Assembly: GCA_003971905.1 (NCBI GenBank)
Contig: RSEE01000047.1
Span: forward strand, 434,001 to 498,000
Source of the DNA: Moniliella sp. 'wahieum'
Lineage: Eukaryota
Direction of reading: 5' to 3'
Length of the DNA stretch: 64,000 nt
Each line of letters starts with the position of its first letter. Within the stretch, counting starts at the first letter, position 1. The notes under the pieces are model-generated. The model was not told the DNA's origin. It saw only the letters and a list, made by a program, of their open reading frames with translations, and ran no database searches. The translations under genes and the position numbers were made by a program. Shown here in pieces: positions 24,360 to 36,656 of the stretch.

Positions 24360-26899
24360 ATGTTATCCCAGTTGCTCCTGCTCGCGCTTGCCGCGACTTC
24401 GCTCGTGAATGCGCATCCTCACCCTAACCCGGACCCTGTCCTTGGCTGGGCTTCGCCCGCTGCCCCTCTGCCCGCGGGGTCTACCAACCAGCGCCGGTAC
24501 CCCAGACCAACGGCACCGGCCGCTGGGTCGACGCCATCTCCAAGGCTAAGCAAGCTGTAGCAAAGCTTACCGAAGATGAGAAGGTTTGGCTCGTGACCGG
24601 CTCCGGTTGGGAGGCCGGGCCTTGCGTGGGGAACATTCCCGCCATTGACAAGATTGGCTTCAAGGGGATGTGCCTCCAAGACAGTCCGCTCGGTGTGCGT
24701 TTTGCCGACTTGGTCACTGTGTTCCCCACCGGCATCACTACCGCTGCCACTTTTAGCGCCAACCTTACGCGCGCGCGCGGCCGCAGCATGGGGGAGGAAT
24801 TCCACTCCAAGGGTGCCAACGTGCAGTTGGGCCCGGGGATGAACATGCTGCGTGCCCCCGAGATGGGCCGAAGCTGGGAAATGTGGGTGGAGACGCTTAC
24901 CTCTGTGGGGGGCTGCCTACCACACTATCCAGGGCGTTCAATCTACAGGGGTTCAGTCTTGCGCTAAGCATTATATCCTCAACGATCAAGAGCATAATCG
25001 TCTTAATGTTTCGTGCGTTTTTTTGTTTTGTTTCCCGTTTGTGGCCATACCCACATCGTGATGGATACTGACTGTTCATTGTGCTGCAGCTCGGTTGCTG
25101 AGGAGCGTCCCTTAAGGGAGATTTACCTCCACCCATTCCTACGCAGTGTCCAGGCTGACGTCGCTGCGGTCATGTGCAGTTACAACCAGGTCAACGGCAC
25201 ATTTTCATGCGAGAATGACGAGACCTTGAACACGATCCTCAAACATGAGCTTGGTTTCAATGGCTATGTGATGACCGACTGGGGTGCTCACCATTCTGGC
25301 GCTAAGTCTGCCAATGCCGGCCTCGATCTGTCCATGCCAGGAAATATCGACTCTCCTCCTTACGGTTTCTATCCTGATGGGCTGTTTCCCAATCTCCCCG
25401 TCACCCCGGGACCAAACGGAGGCAACTTGTCTTCATTCTGGGGAGGCAACCTCACGATTGAGATCAAAAATGGATCGGTGCTAACGGCGCGGTTGGATGA
25501 CATGGCATCGCGGATCTTGACGTCGTGGTACCTTTTGGGTCAGGACGATGATTACCCCGTTCCGAATTTCTCTTCGTTTGCGGATGCCAACGCGACAATC
25601 CAAAAAGAGGTCAACGCCATGTCCCACAACCACTCCCAGGTGGCCCGGGAGGTTGCTGCAGCAGGAACGGTACTCCTCAAGAACAAGGGTGCCCTACCTC
25701 TCAACCGGCCCAAGAAGTTGGCGCTGATCGGCTCGGACGCTGGGCCTGCTCATAACGGGCCCAATTACTTTGGTGATCATGGTGGTATTGACGGTGTAGT
25801 GGGCATAGGGTGGGGCAGTGGTACGGCCCCGTATGCGTATCTCGTTTCCCCTTACGAAGCTATTGCCCAGTACGTCTCTCTAACCCCTCGCATACGCCCC
25901 ATTACTAGCTTTTCCTTATAGCGATATACTGACTGTGTAATGCAGGCAAGTGTACCAAGACCGTACGGGATTGGCCTGGACGTTTAACGACACCGACTAT
26001 GCTCAGGCTCAGACGATCGCTGCACCGGCCCAGGCGGCGATCGTGTTCCTCTTCAGTGACTCTGGGGAGAACTATATCGAGGTGGCAGGCAACCAAGGCG
26101 ACCGCAACAATCTGACGGCTTGGAACGATGGTGACAAGATGGTCCAGAATGTGGCTGCGGTGAACAACAACACGATTGTTGTCATCCACTCCGGTGCTCA
26201 ATTGGACCTTGAGGCCTGGATCGAGCACCCCAACGTGACAGCCGTTGTGTGGGCAGGATTCCCCGGGAGCGAGGCTGGGAACGCACTGGCCGATGTGTTG
26301 TATGGGCGGGTCAACCCCAGTGGCCGCCTGCCCTTCACCATTGCTAAGAACCGGGGGACTACAGTGCCGATGTGGTGTACAAGACGAATGCAACGCACAC
26401 GGAGATCAAGTATTGGGAGGGTCTGCACGTCGACTACCGCTGGTTTGACACAGAGGGCGCGCCTACTCCCCGGTACTCGTTTGGTCATGGATTGTCGTAC
26501 ACCACGTTTGACTACGCCAACCCCAAGGGCTCCTTCCTCCCTGGCAAGCAGTTGTTCAACTCCTCCTCTCACCCCGAAACGTACCCGCCCGAGCTGTTTG
26601 AAGATGTGCTTTCGTTTAGCTTTACTGTGCACAACAATGGTACCCTGGATGGCTTTGAAGTGCCCCAAGCCTACCTTGCCTTCCCGCCCGAGAGCGGTGA
26701 ACCACCCAAGGTACTGCGGAAGTTTGACCGCTTCGCCTTGGCCAAGGGCGAGACCAAGAATGTGACTTGGACCCTCAACACCTACGACCTGTCTGTCTGG
26801 TCCCCCGAAAAGCACAAGTGGGTTGTTCCCAAGGGCACGACGAAGCTGCTGATTGGCGCAGGCTCTCGGGACATTCGTCTTTCGCTCCCTGTTGCTTAA
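24360..26899 (+). CDS. Secreted GH3 beta-glucosidase with FnIII-like C-terminal domain
   Basis: Signal peptide MLSQLLLLALAATSLVNA; CLQDSPLGVR, AKHYILNDQE, VMCSYNQVNG, catalytic VMTDW, VLLKNKGALPL, PSGRLPFTI, FGHGLSYTTF, EVPQAYL; introns near 25010-25089 and 25870-25945; TATATATA at about 24240. Confidence 0.95.
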
Positions 26900-28106
26900 C
26901 TCACTTTTCTTTCTCTCTCTTCACGGGGTGGGGGAGAGGAGGCTGTCTCATCCCTGCCATTGATCTCGGTCTCTTTCACAGTCAACTCTCTGTTCTTTTA
27001 CCTGACGATATGCATGAGTCTCAGCCCCAAAATATCCACGCGCGTACGTTGGTGTTGCCTACATTTTGGCTGAATATATATCTTGTCCGTTTCATGCATT
27101 CACACCGTGTCTTCCTTCGTATGACTTCTACAGGCTTATGTATTAGTACATGGTTATACAGTCAGACATATATTAGGGCTACGGAAAGCATCCCCCATTC
27201 TTATTTTCGTCCCTACTCTTTCTACTTAACTACAATTGGCTTTCCTTCATGCATCCAACCAAGTGCCTCAAAAGCTCTCGGACAAGTAGGGTCCGAAGAT
27301 CAGGAAAGGAGGCGGGCCATGCCCGAAAGACCTCGAGCACGAAGGAGACGATGGTTTTGTACTACCAGGCGTCCATGATCAATGTTTGAGCACTGGAAAT
27401 GAGTACAAAACTGACGAGTTTCATCACGTCGGAGAGAGGGTTTACCTCACTCAGATGTGTCTACTACTATCACGCTCATTGTTATCCCTACTGCTCGCTG
27501 CACCCAGATCCGAAGCGAATATGGATGCTGGAGCCCACTGCAGAGAGTGTGACCTGCTTTTGCGGCGACTCCACTGGGGTGTTGTTTCTTCCTAATTGCG
27601 TTTTTAGCATATAATCGTACATCTGGTGTGTTTGCACAGTCGGATGCTCTGTCGTATGGCGTGGTCGAGAGGGTTACGCAACACGGGTTACGCACCGGCA
27701 TGGCTTACCCAGCTGATGTGCAGATGACCCGACTTGCTCGCAGCCAGCCCACTGCGTACTCTTAAGCAGAGGAAGAGGCAGAAGAGGCAGAGACAATTTC
27801 ACCAAAACGCCCCCATCGCTGACGCATCATGGTGATCATGATCTGTATGACCTTTTTAATTGCCCTCGGCTATGTGGATGCGACTACGCTTAATTGGCGC
27901 GCTCGGCAATATTATGGCTCCACCACCAGCAGCTCGCCTGTCATTTAACCAGGGCGCTAGGGTTGTTCGCCACTCGGCACAAACGCCAAATATTTAAGTG
28001 GGGTAGTTAACGCGTCTCTGCCACCACCTCCGCCCCTGCTATACACCACACCTCTGCCATTGATGCCCCCTCTTCCTCTCAAAGTGCTGTACGTTCTGTC
28101 ATCTCC

Positions 28107-28952
28107 TTGTTGCCCGGCGGACATGGCAGAACAGCTAACAATAATGCAAAAGCCACCTGTTGGACGTCGGCCTGGGATGAGGATCAGGGCAAGTGGGGCA
28201 AGCGCTGTCTGGTCTGCCCAAACGGTCGATCCATCTTCTTTTCTACCAAGGTGGCGCGCCACGAAAGGTCGCGCAAACACCGCTACCACGCGGCTAGGCT
28301 CGTCCGTCTTTCTTCCTCCCCATCGTCTCCCTTTGTTCAGTGTGAGAACGCAGAGGTGTCGGACGACTCAATTGAATCGTCCGCGGCAGAGGTCTGGACC
28401 CCGCCACAGCAGCGTAATACCAGCTCTCAAGATACCATATATACCCAGACCTCCACTGGGGATCATCCATGCTTGCCCATCATGGATCGATCCGGGACCG
28501 AGGTATTAACCATCTCAACTTTGGCCCAGACGCTCTTCCCCGCCCAAATACAGGGCTCGGGCACACCCACGTCACCTATCTCCATCAGCAACAACACACT
28601 GACACACAACCGCCATTCGCACTTGTCACGCACGACGAATACGGGTGGTTCGCTCGCGCAGGCGGAACGACAACCTCACGTACCTCTGCCCGTCAGCCGC
28701 CTACCGACTCGGACTCCCAAGCGGAAAAACAGTTTCCGTGAGACCCCATACCCCGCTACACATCGACCCCGTTTGAATACGCAACAGCGTGCCCAAAGGA
28801 GGGGCAGGCTGCTCTTCTCACCAGCAACACCTACCCCGAAGAGCTACTCCAGTCGAACACTCCGATCTCCCCTGCGCTTGCGGCATAGAATCGGAAACAA
28901 GACGCAAAAGGAGGGAGAAAGGGAGGCGTACACAAAGGTGAATGATACTTGA
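28107..28952 (+). CDS. Hypothetical protein with N-terminal C2H2/matrin-like zinc finger
   Basis: CLVCPNGRSIFFSTKVARHERSRKH (C-x2-C...H-x5-H) followed by an S/T/P/R-rich tail. Confidence 0.4.
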   Translation: MLPGGHGRTANNNAKATCWTSAWDEDQGKWGKRCLVCPNGRSIFFSTKVARHERSRKHRYHAARLVRLSSSPSSPFVQCENAEVSDDSIESSAAEVWTPPQQRNTSSQDTIYTQTSTGDHPCLPIMDRSGTEVLTISTLAQTLFPAQIQGSGTPTSPISISNNTLTHNRHSHLSRTTNTGGSLAQAERQPHVPLPVSRLPTRTPKRKNSFRETPYPATHRPRLNTQQRAQRRGRLLFSPATPTPKSYSSRTLRSPLRLRHRIGNKTQKEGEREAYTKVNDT

Positions 28953-28984
28953 GAAGAAATGATGGACATGCGGATGGGGATAGG

Positions 28985-29945
28985 TTAGGACGTGAATAGA
29001 ACCAGTAACCCGGGAAGGACGATAAGCAGGGCCAAATCGTCCAGGAGTGTGCTGAGGAACGGGGTTTCCCACGGTGGCTCGACTTGGCCCAGGGAGATGG
29101 CCCAGGGGAAGGACAGGGGGAAGGGGAATGCGACATTGGCGTTCCTGTTCTGGTGTGGAGAAGGGGCGTGGTAGATGCCCACTGAATACAGCCCTACCTC
29201 GAGCGCTATAAAGAGAAAAAATTGGCTGCTTCTTTGTCAGTCTTTGCTTTTTTTCCTGCAGTGGATCGATCAGAGGTCGTACAACCGGTGCGAGGGGCAT
29301 CGCGCTCCCCCATTGTAGTTTGGAACGTTGGGCAGCAAGTGTGCCCCACTGGGTATCATAGGGTAACAGGGCGAGGCAGATAAATGAGACGACAATTAGG
29401 GTATGCGCTGCACCAAGCCAAGGTTGCATCCATGGGGTAGGTAGGAAAGGCCCGTAGGAAGCCGCTTCTGCTCAAGGGGAAAGGAAAGCCTCCTGGGACA
29501 TGAGGCAGGTCAACTCATCTCCCATTGGCCTTTTCTCCGCCTCTTGAAGAATCGCTTCTACATTGACATCTCCCCCGCGTCCTGGAGGTGAGCGAGGGGT
29601 GAATGGGCTGGCGAAGCGACTTCTTCCAGCGGAAAAACCGTCTCGGTGATGGGAGGGGGGAAACTCATTTCCAGGGGCGACGGAATGCCCGGCTCGGGGG
29701 TCGAAGCCGACGTGCGCAACGAGGCGAGCGAACCAAAACTCACCTGGGATGGCGTGCGTTGTCGTGGCCGGAATCCCACATTCGGCGTGGGGGCAGTGAG
29801 GGAGCGAGTGAGGTCCGAGGCGGCATGCCGTACGCTGGCTTGGGGGGCTCGCTGGGCGGCGTTCGCCCTGCGTGGGAAAGACGAGCGAGGCGGTCGCCCC
29901 CCGAGCAAGAATACGTGCTTTGCGTGCTGCGTGCCGGTCGGCCAT
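28985..29945 (-). CDS. GET2: GET2/CAML-like ER tail-anchored protein insertase subunit
   Basis: N-terminus MADRHAARKARILARG(GDRLARL); C-terminal hydrophobic helices HTLIVVSFICLALL, PIFSL..LEVGLYS, LLDDLALLIVLPGLLVLF; intron about 29225-29281. Confidence 0.7.
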
Positions 29946-30382
29946 GGGCGGTGGGAAGCAGCGGTCACTCTCGCGGTCCCGGCGGCCAGGAGAGGGGCGA
30001 GTGGTGTTGGTGACAGAGTGGGAATAGCAAGTTTTCGGGCTAATGAGTGGAAACGATTCATCAGTGGGCGCTCCCGCGCGGCCCCACGCGCACACACAAG
30101 TTTCATTTCTGTCCCCCGCACCACTATTCGCTACCAGGTTTATTTTTGATCGGGTCGATCGATGCCGATGATGCAGATGATGATGGCAGGCATGAAGAGG
30201 CGTCAACAGGATACAGGATGGGGTACAGAAGATCATGAGTATACTCAGATGTGTGCTAGCTGAGTGTGTAGACGAAGTCGCTGCGGGGACACACGGCCAT
30301 TCACTTGGCGGTCGAAACGTTCAGAGTCTTTCGTAGAGAGAAAGCGTATGCGCTGAGCACCAGGCCCAGCATCTCATCGTCA

Positions 30383-31432
30383 TCACAGTCGGAGATAGAG
30401 GTGAACAACACGTGAAAAGCAAACGTAGGTCCAAAAGGGCACAAAAGAAAAGTTGACAACACGCGGGGGGTGAGCCGAGCGACCAAGAAAGAGGAGTTTA
30501 GAGCATATCCATCTGCCCCATAAGGAACCGTTCTCCCCTGGGGCTCGGACGAGGAAATCGCATGCCTGTTGTACGAGCACGTGGACGGCCCCGCGCCCTT
30601 GGTTTCGCAGTCGGTTCGACTTGGGACTGAAGCGCAGATTCGGAAGGGGAGGCTTGGATCGACAATGCTGATCGAGTGGGGGCAGGCTCGTCTCGAGGAA
30701 CCATGCTGGTTCAGAGACAGTCGAGGCGGGCGGCAGCGGTGATTGCATGGGCTCCGATGAGGGTACACATTCAGGATACGAAGGTGGCTTCGTTCGCTGG
30801 TCAAACCAGCTGGAACTCAAGGTAGAGCGTCGGGGATAGGCTTGACGCAGCTGCGGTAGAGGGGCTGGATAAAAGGGCAGGGCGGTGGAGGAGGAGGGAG
30901 GCGGTGCCTTCTTCTGTTGCCCGGGCGACGGGGACAGGGAGGGGAGGCTCGACAGTGCGGGCCCGAGGGCAGGACGTTCGTCGGACTTGGGCTCGAAGGC
31001 GCTCACCGCGTAGGCTCCCGCAAAGCGAGAGCGACGAGCGACGAGAGCGACGAGAGCGACGAGCGCGCCGGTGGCCCCAGGCGAAGTCAGAGGGCCCACG
31101 GCGGGCCCGAGCGGGGGCGAGAGCGGGGAGAGTGGGGAGAGTGGGGGGGAGATGCTCTCAGTGGCGAGGCTGGGGCGGGGCGGGGGATGTCTTTGGGGCT
31201 GGACATGGTCTGCAGCAGCCACGGTTCCGGATCCAGAAGTGTCCGTCTTTGCCGTCGCCGCTTCTTGTACTCTTTCAAGAGCTGGACGCGCCCAGCTGAG
31301 GCGCCTTTCCAGCCCTGTGTTGGCCCGGAGATAGTGGGGCCAGCGGGGGGCAGTGCGGCTACCCCGCACTAACCCATTCACGCACGCATCGATCACCTTC
31401 ATCAGCACGCAGTCTGGCCCAGCATCACACAT
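30383..31432 (-). CDS. Hypothetical Pro/Ser-rich protein
   Basis: 349-aa ORF with SPL repeats, GC-rich coding-like composition. Confidence 0.35.
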   Translation of the reverse strand: MCDAGPDCVLMKVIDACVNGLVRGSRTAPRWPHYLRANTGLERRLSWARPALERVQEAATAKTDTSGSGTVAAADHVQPQRHPPPRPSLATESISPPLSPLSPLSPPLGPAVGPLTSPGATGALVALVALVARRSRFAGAYAVSAFEPKSDERPALGPALSSLPSLSPSPGQQKKAPPPSSSTALPFYPAPLPQLRQAYPRRSTLSSSWFDQRTKPPSYPECVPSSEPMQSPLPPASTVSEPAWFLETSLPPLDQHCRSKPPLPNLRFSPKSNRLRNQGRGAVHVLVQQACDFLVRAPGENGSLWGRWICSKLLFLGRSAHPPRVVNFSFVPFWTYVCFSRVVHLYLRL

Positions 31433-31834
31433 TGCAGTGCATCACACCTTACCTCGGCCCATCTGCACCACACCAGCAGGCGATAGATGCAGATGGGATG
31501 GCCCAACATCTGATGGTCTGCGAGGAGAGCTATGTGGCAATCGAGGTCATCTGATGCTGCTCTGTCTGCCCGCCGTGCCTTGCAGAGCACGCAACGCAGT
31601 CCGATAGTCTCCGATGGCACTTATCCTCCCTTCGCCATATTCGAGTCCGGCAAGCGCCATGTCCAAGCGGGGACAGGGGCAGAGGGGGAAGGCAGCAGAG
31701 GAGCATGGCAGCGCGCTTGAATTTTTGACAGGCGCCCAAATGAAAGTGCACAAATGGTATCCCATTCCTAGTTACTAGGGTACTCCTCATATATGACCCG
31801 GGAAGCTACGCGCACGCATCCACCACTGTTCGCA

Positions 31835-33117
31835 CTAGCTTCGCCGCTGCGCCCACTCTTCCCGGATCTTGCCTAGGTCGGCCTGGGGGTCGAACCGGCC
31901 CGAGGACGTCTCCTCCTCACGCAGCTGGAGCGCCGAGTCAAACAGTGCTGCCAAACCTGGTTCCAGCGGCATGGGTACGCCATCTCCTGCTCCTCCTTCG
32001 GTGAGAGCGGGCAGCGCCTTGCGCCTGGGTTGCATACGGGACTGCAATGGGACTGTGCTTTGCAAGTCGCGCCGCAGCCACTGAACCCCAACAGGTCGTC
32101 CAGCCCCGGGGGGGCGGGAGTGGATCAGCCGCGGACCAGGGGCGGCGCCGGCAGTGACAGCACGCATCGAAGACGCACGGAAGCCGGCCTCGGGATCGGT
32201 GGGAATGTCTTGCTCCCTCCCGGGTTGGCGGGCAGCTGGCGCCGGTGGCGGTGGTAGCGGCGCAGGTTCCGATGAGGGTGTACGTTCTTGAATCTTCAAC
32301 CCCTCTACCAGTGAGACGGTGTCGGACGCATTCTCTTTCGTCACGAGATCTCGTAGGGGTGTGGCTCGGGGCAGTGTACATGGCCCGCGTCACTTTTTCC
32401 TGGGGCTCCTTTCTGATGGGTTGGGCTGATGGAGCTGGAGCCCGGGGAAATGCAGAAACGAACGGGGGCGGATTGGGACCATCCAAACGCGCTGTCACCT
32501 CTGGATGAGCTTCGTCCATCAACTCCACCTTGTCCCATTCCGAATGGTCCCAGGATCGTTCAAAACGCCCAGGCTGCGCCCCGTCTCGAGCCGATTGAAG
32601 TAAAGGATCTCTCAACTCGTCCGAGAGTACCCATCTCCTTACCCACTCGGAGCGCGCCCAGCACCCTTCGGAGCAAAATGCATTCTTACCACCCGGGTCG
32701 TCGCGGTATTGCGCACGACCCCCCTCGCCCAAGACGGAAAGGAGCCTCATGGGTGGCCACCTTGCCGTTTTGGAATTCGGGGCTGGGCAGCGACTTTTCT
32801 CGCAACCGTGGAGAGCGGGAACAAAGAGGGTACCCACACACGTCGAGGTGGCGTTCGTGAGTGATTTGGGTCCAGGCGGCGGGACCGAGGATGGTGAGGG
32901 CTTGTTTGAGTGCAGGCACAGTGACGCAGCGGTTCAAAATCAGCCTCCTGCGCCGCGAGCACTTGTCGCCGTCGTTGCTGGTGGAGGAGGATGCTGGACG
33001 CGAGCTCTTTGGCGTCGGCGGGAGGCGGAGGAGGGCGGGGGCGGAGGAGGAGGCAGAGGAGGGTTCCGCCACTGGCACGGAAGCCAGCCGCGGAGGGGCG
33101 GAGCGGCGGGCGAGCAT
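31835..33117 (-). CDS. RTR1: RTR1/RPAP2-family RNA polymerase II CTD phosphatase
   Basis: ERHLD..CGYPLC and AFCSEGCWARSEWVRRWVL zinc-binding motifs; frameshifted; start may lie slightly upstream. Confidence 0.82.
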
Positions 33118-33570
33118 GTCCTTAAGTCATGCGGGGGCGCGGCGGGTGCTTCGGCGAGCAGATCGGCGGGTGAGATCTGGACGCGGAGCGAGGCAGGCGC
33201 GCCGGGGATCCGCGCCGCATCCGTCTTGCCTCCGCGATGAAGCGACATGGTGGGTGGCGGTCATTACTCCCAATCCACCATCCACGGGGCGTGTTGGCAG
33301 CCGCGGTAATTAAATCCAAAATGTTTCGCCCAGCAGTTCCGCCCTCTTCCGGCCCGACTGGCGGTGCCCAACTTTCAAACGTCAAATTGCAACCGGCAGG
33401 CCTGAACAATATGCACGAGTGGCGCCGTGGGAGTCTCGATCAGCGCCATCCTTTGTAGCACCTATATTGTCTGTAATCAATCCATCAATCCATCAGGTGC
33501 AAGCACAGCAAGGCCATACGACAGCCCGCCGAGAGAGGTTGGCGCAACAAACGTAGATTGCGGCTGACGG

Positions 33571-35454
33571 CTACATCTCCGTCCACACATCTCCTGAGTC
33601 TGTCTCCCCCACCAGCAAGGCAATCGCCGCCTCTGCCAGCAGCGAGACAAACGCAATGGAGAAGCCGCGGTAGAGCAACGGCAATCCCGGCCAGACCGAC
33701 TCTTTTTGCGGGCTTGTCTCCTGGTCCGTCTCCTCCACCAGGATCTTGTAGAGCCCATCCAGTACCCCTCCATAAGGCAGCGGGCGGGTTTCGACGCACG
33801 TGCGCAAACCCTTGATGCGAATGTGGAGGCCCAGTCCTACCTGCGCCGGGCAGCGAGCTGGCAATGCTTTGTCCAGCACACTGGGAGATGGGCTATCGGA
33901 ACCCTGCCCCCGTGCAGAGACACGTTTGGCATGATGCGCCAGATCGTACACCGGCCGCACCTGCAACCTCCTCCGCACTGTTTCGATAGGAAGGGTGAGC
34001 AGGAGGGAGGCAGTTTGGCACGCGAGCGTCAGCAGCACCTCCACCCCGCCTCCTACGTCGGGCGGAAGCAAGGCATCTACCACCAGGGGTGTGGCCATAA
34101 TCAAGGCAGGACGGAGCGTGCAGTCCAGCAGTGCCGGGATCAACGTCCGTGGGGACAACCACAACTTGATCCACCCGCCTTCTTCGTTAGCCATGGTGCG
34201 TAGGCTGCCCACCCGGTGCCGTAGGAGCCACCGTACTTTTGATGGGGGGGACCGTGGTCTGGGCAATGGCACGTGTTCGTAAGGTCGAGATGGGTGCCAT
34301 GGCCAGGCCTGTGATGGCATGCGCCACGACCGAGGCGAGCCAGGCCTGCCAAGGGCCCAGCGCAAGAATGTACTCGGCGGGTGCATCTCTCCCAGCGCCA
34401 GATCGCGAATGGCCAGAACCGAGACCATGCTTGGCGCGGCAGCTGCGGCGAAAAGCGTCAGACCTTGTTCCAATACCGGGACCAGGACCTTGTCCGCTTC
34501 GTCAATGAGAAAGGTGAGTGTCAACCCTTTGAACAGACCCTTCCACCTTTCCGACTTTTGACCACGGCTTTGCCATAGCCCAGAGCCCCCGCGAAACAGG
34601 ATTGGTATGGCAACATTGTCAGCACCCACACTGGCATCTCCTTCTCCTTCTTCTTTGTCGGCGTCTTCCGGTAGATGAGTGACGTCTCGCACAACGTAGC
34701 CCGCCTCGTCCACTTCTCTCCGTTTGAGCTTGGAGGTCGGTCGACTTGCCATGGTGGCTCAACAGGTCATGGAAGTAGTGGCCGCTTCATCTTCGTCCAG
34801 GAGCTGGGCCAGAGAAATGGTCAGTGCTACTATCCCTACTTAAACTCTTGTCAAAAGAACGGCGTTAGGATGTGCTTACCTCGTCGTCTGCAGCGCCAAA
34901 TTCGCGCCCGCCGCGCTGGGTGGCCGGCTCTTCGTCAGCGTCAAAGTCGGGGGGTGGGTGGGTGGGCGGGGATGTGTTCCTGCTCATCAGGCTCCTGTTC
35001 TTCGTCCACTTTCCCCTCCTCTTGGGACTTCTGGATGCGGGGGAAGAGGAGCGCCGATACCGTACTCGACGGCCTGGCCTTGCTCGAGGCCGGCCTTGGC
35101 AAACGCATGCCAGACGCTGGGACGCGGACACCACTGCACCTGGAGGAGGATGCGGGCCACCTCGAGGGGCTGGCCCAGCGCGGTGGAGGCGTACTCGAAC
35201 GCCAGGCCTTGGGCGAGGCCCAGCGTGGCGCTACCGAGCGAGTCGTCGGCCATGGCCTGCGTGTGGATGGGGAGCGTGCGAGTGCGCCCCAGAAACCCGA
35301 AAGGCTGCGTCCTGGCGGCAAGGCTCGGGTGCTCAATGTTGCAAAAGGGCAGGTCGCCTGCACGTGACCGTCTTTGGCCTGGCTGCAAGGTTGAGTACGT
35401 TGAGCTGGAACGTTGACGTCAGCCACGTTGAGGGTGGGGCTGTAACCGGCAGCC
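33571..35454 (-). CDS. UGO1: Mitochondrial fusion protein Ugo1 (degenerate carrier family)
   Basis: EYASTALGQPLEVARILLQVQW, DEAGYV, WKGLFKG, LPIETVRRRLQV, LYRGF; intron near 34810-34880; start uncertain. Confidence 0.82.
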
Positions 35455-35584
35455 ATAACCGGTACCCGGTAAGCGGCAATAAGCTGCTTGAAGCTTGAGT
35501 GGGGATGGTCTGTAAGAGCCGCTGGGCTGCGGACGCCTCCACCCCACCCCACCGCCATCTCTGCCTCCCCGCTGTGCTGCGCCC

Positions 35585-36530
35585 ATGTCCCCATCCCCAC
35601 CCAGAACTGCCCGCGAGCACATCGCCGCCGCCCGTGCGCTTGCTGACGGCCCCCGCACCCACCGCCTCGCCGGCAAGGTGGCCATCGTGACCGGCGCAAC
35701 AGCCTGACCGGCATTGGACGCGCTACTGCGCTGCTCTATGCCCGCGAGGGCGTCGCCCATCTCTACGTGACCGACTACGACGACTCGGAGCTCCCCGGCT
35801 TGGTCGCCGAGGTTACGCGGCGCTACCCCGACGTGAAGGCGACGGCGGTGCAGGGCGACATGTCGGACGAGGCGGTGGTGCGGGCGTTGGTGGACCAGGC
35901 GTTGCGCGAGGAGGGCCGGCTAGACATTTATTTTGCCAATGCCGGCCGCGCCCCGCCGCATTTCCTCGAGAGCACCGACGCCGAGGAGAGCCTCGAGGTG
36001 CTGAAAGTGAACACTTTGAGTGTGCTTCTCGCCCTCAAATATGCCAGTGAGGCGATGCAGGTCACCTCGGCGGCCAAGCCGCATGCTGGCGGTGCCATCC
36101 TCGCTACCGCCTCCGTCGCCGGCCTGCGTGCCAATGCCGGCCCCATCGATACTCGGCGTCCAAGGCGGCAGTGATCTCGATGGTGCAGAGCGGCGCCTTT
36201 GCACTGCGGGGCACCGACGTCCGTGTTGTCGGCCTGGCGCCGGGCTTGATCAGCACTGGTATGACCGAAGTGCTGTTTGAGATGGCCCGTGCCCGCGGCA
36301 CCGAGGACAAGGTGGGGCAGATCAATCCCCTGCAGCGCTACGGAGCGCCGGAAGAGGTGCGTCTTCCCTTGCTGCACCCTATCGCTTGCCCTGACTGACC
36401 CGACGCATAGATTGCCCAAGCAGCGCTCTTTCTCGCCTCTGACGAGGCGTCCTACGTCAACGGCGTCGTTCTTCCCGTCTGCGGCGGGCTGTCGGCGTCG
36501 CATCCCTACGTTGGCAAGCCCAAACTGTGA
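35585..36530 (+). CDS. Short-chain dehydrogenase/reductase
   Basis: [44 protein letters not shown]-like motif, [21 protein letters not shown]; intron about 36357-36410. Confidence 0.92.
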
Positions 36531-36656
36531 ATGCGCTTCCCTCTATACGCCCTCAGCCCATCCCTCAACCCGAGCTCTGAGATCTCGACTGCAGCTGCTA
36601 GGAACAACAAGGCTACAGGATGGATGGATAGTAGAGTAGTCGTATTTGCCGCAGGG

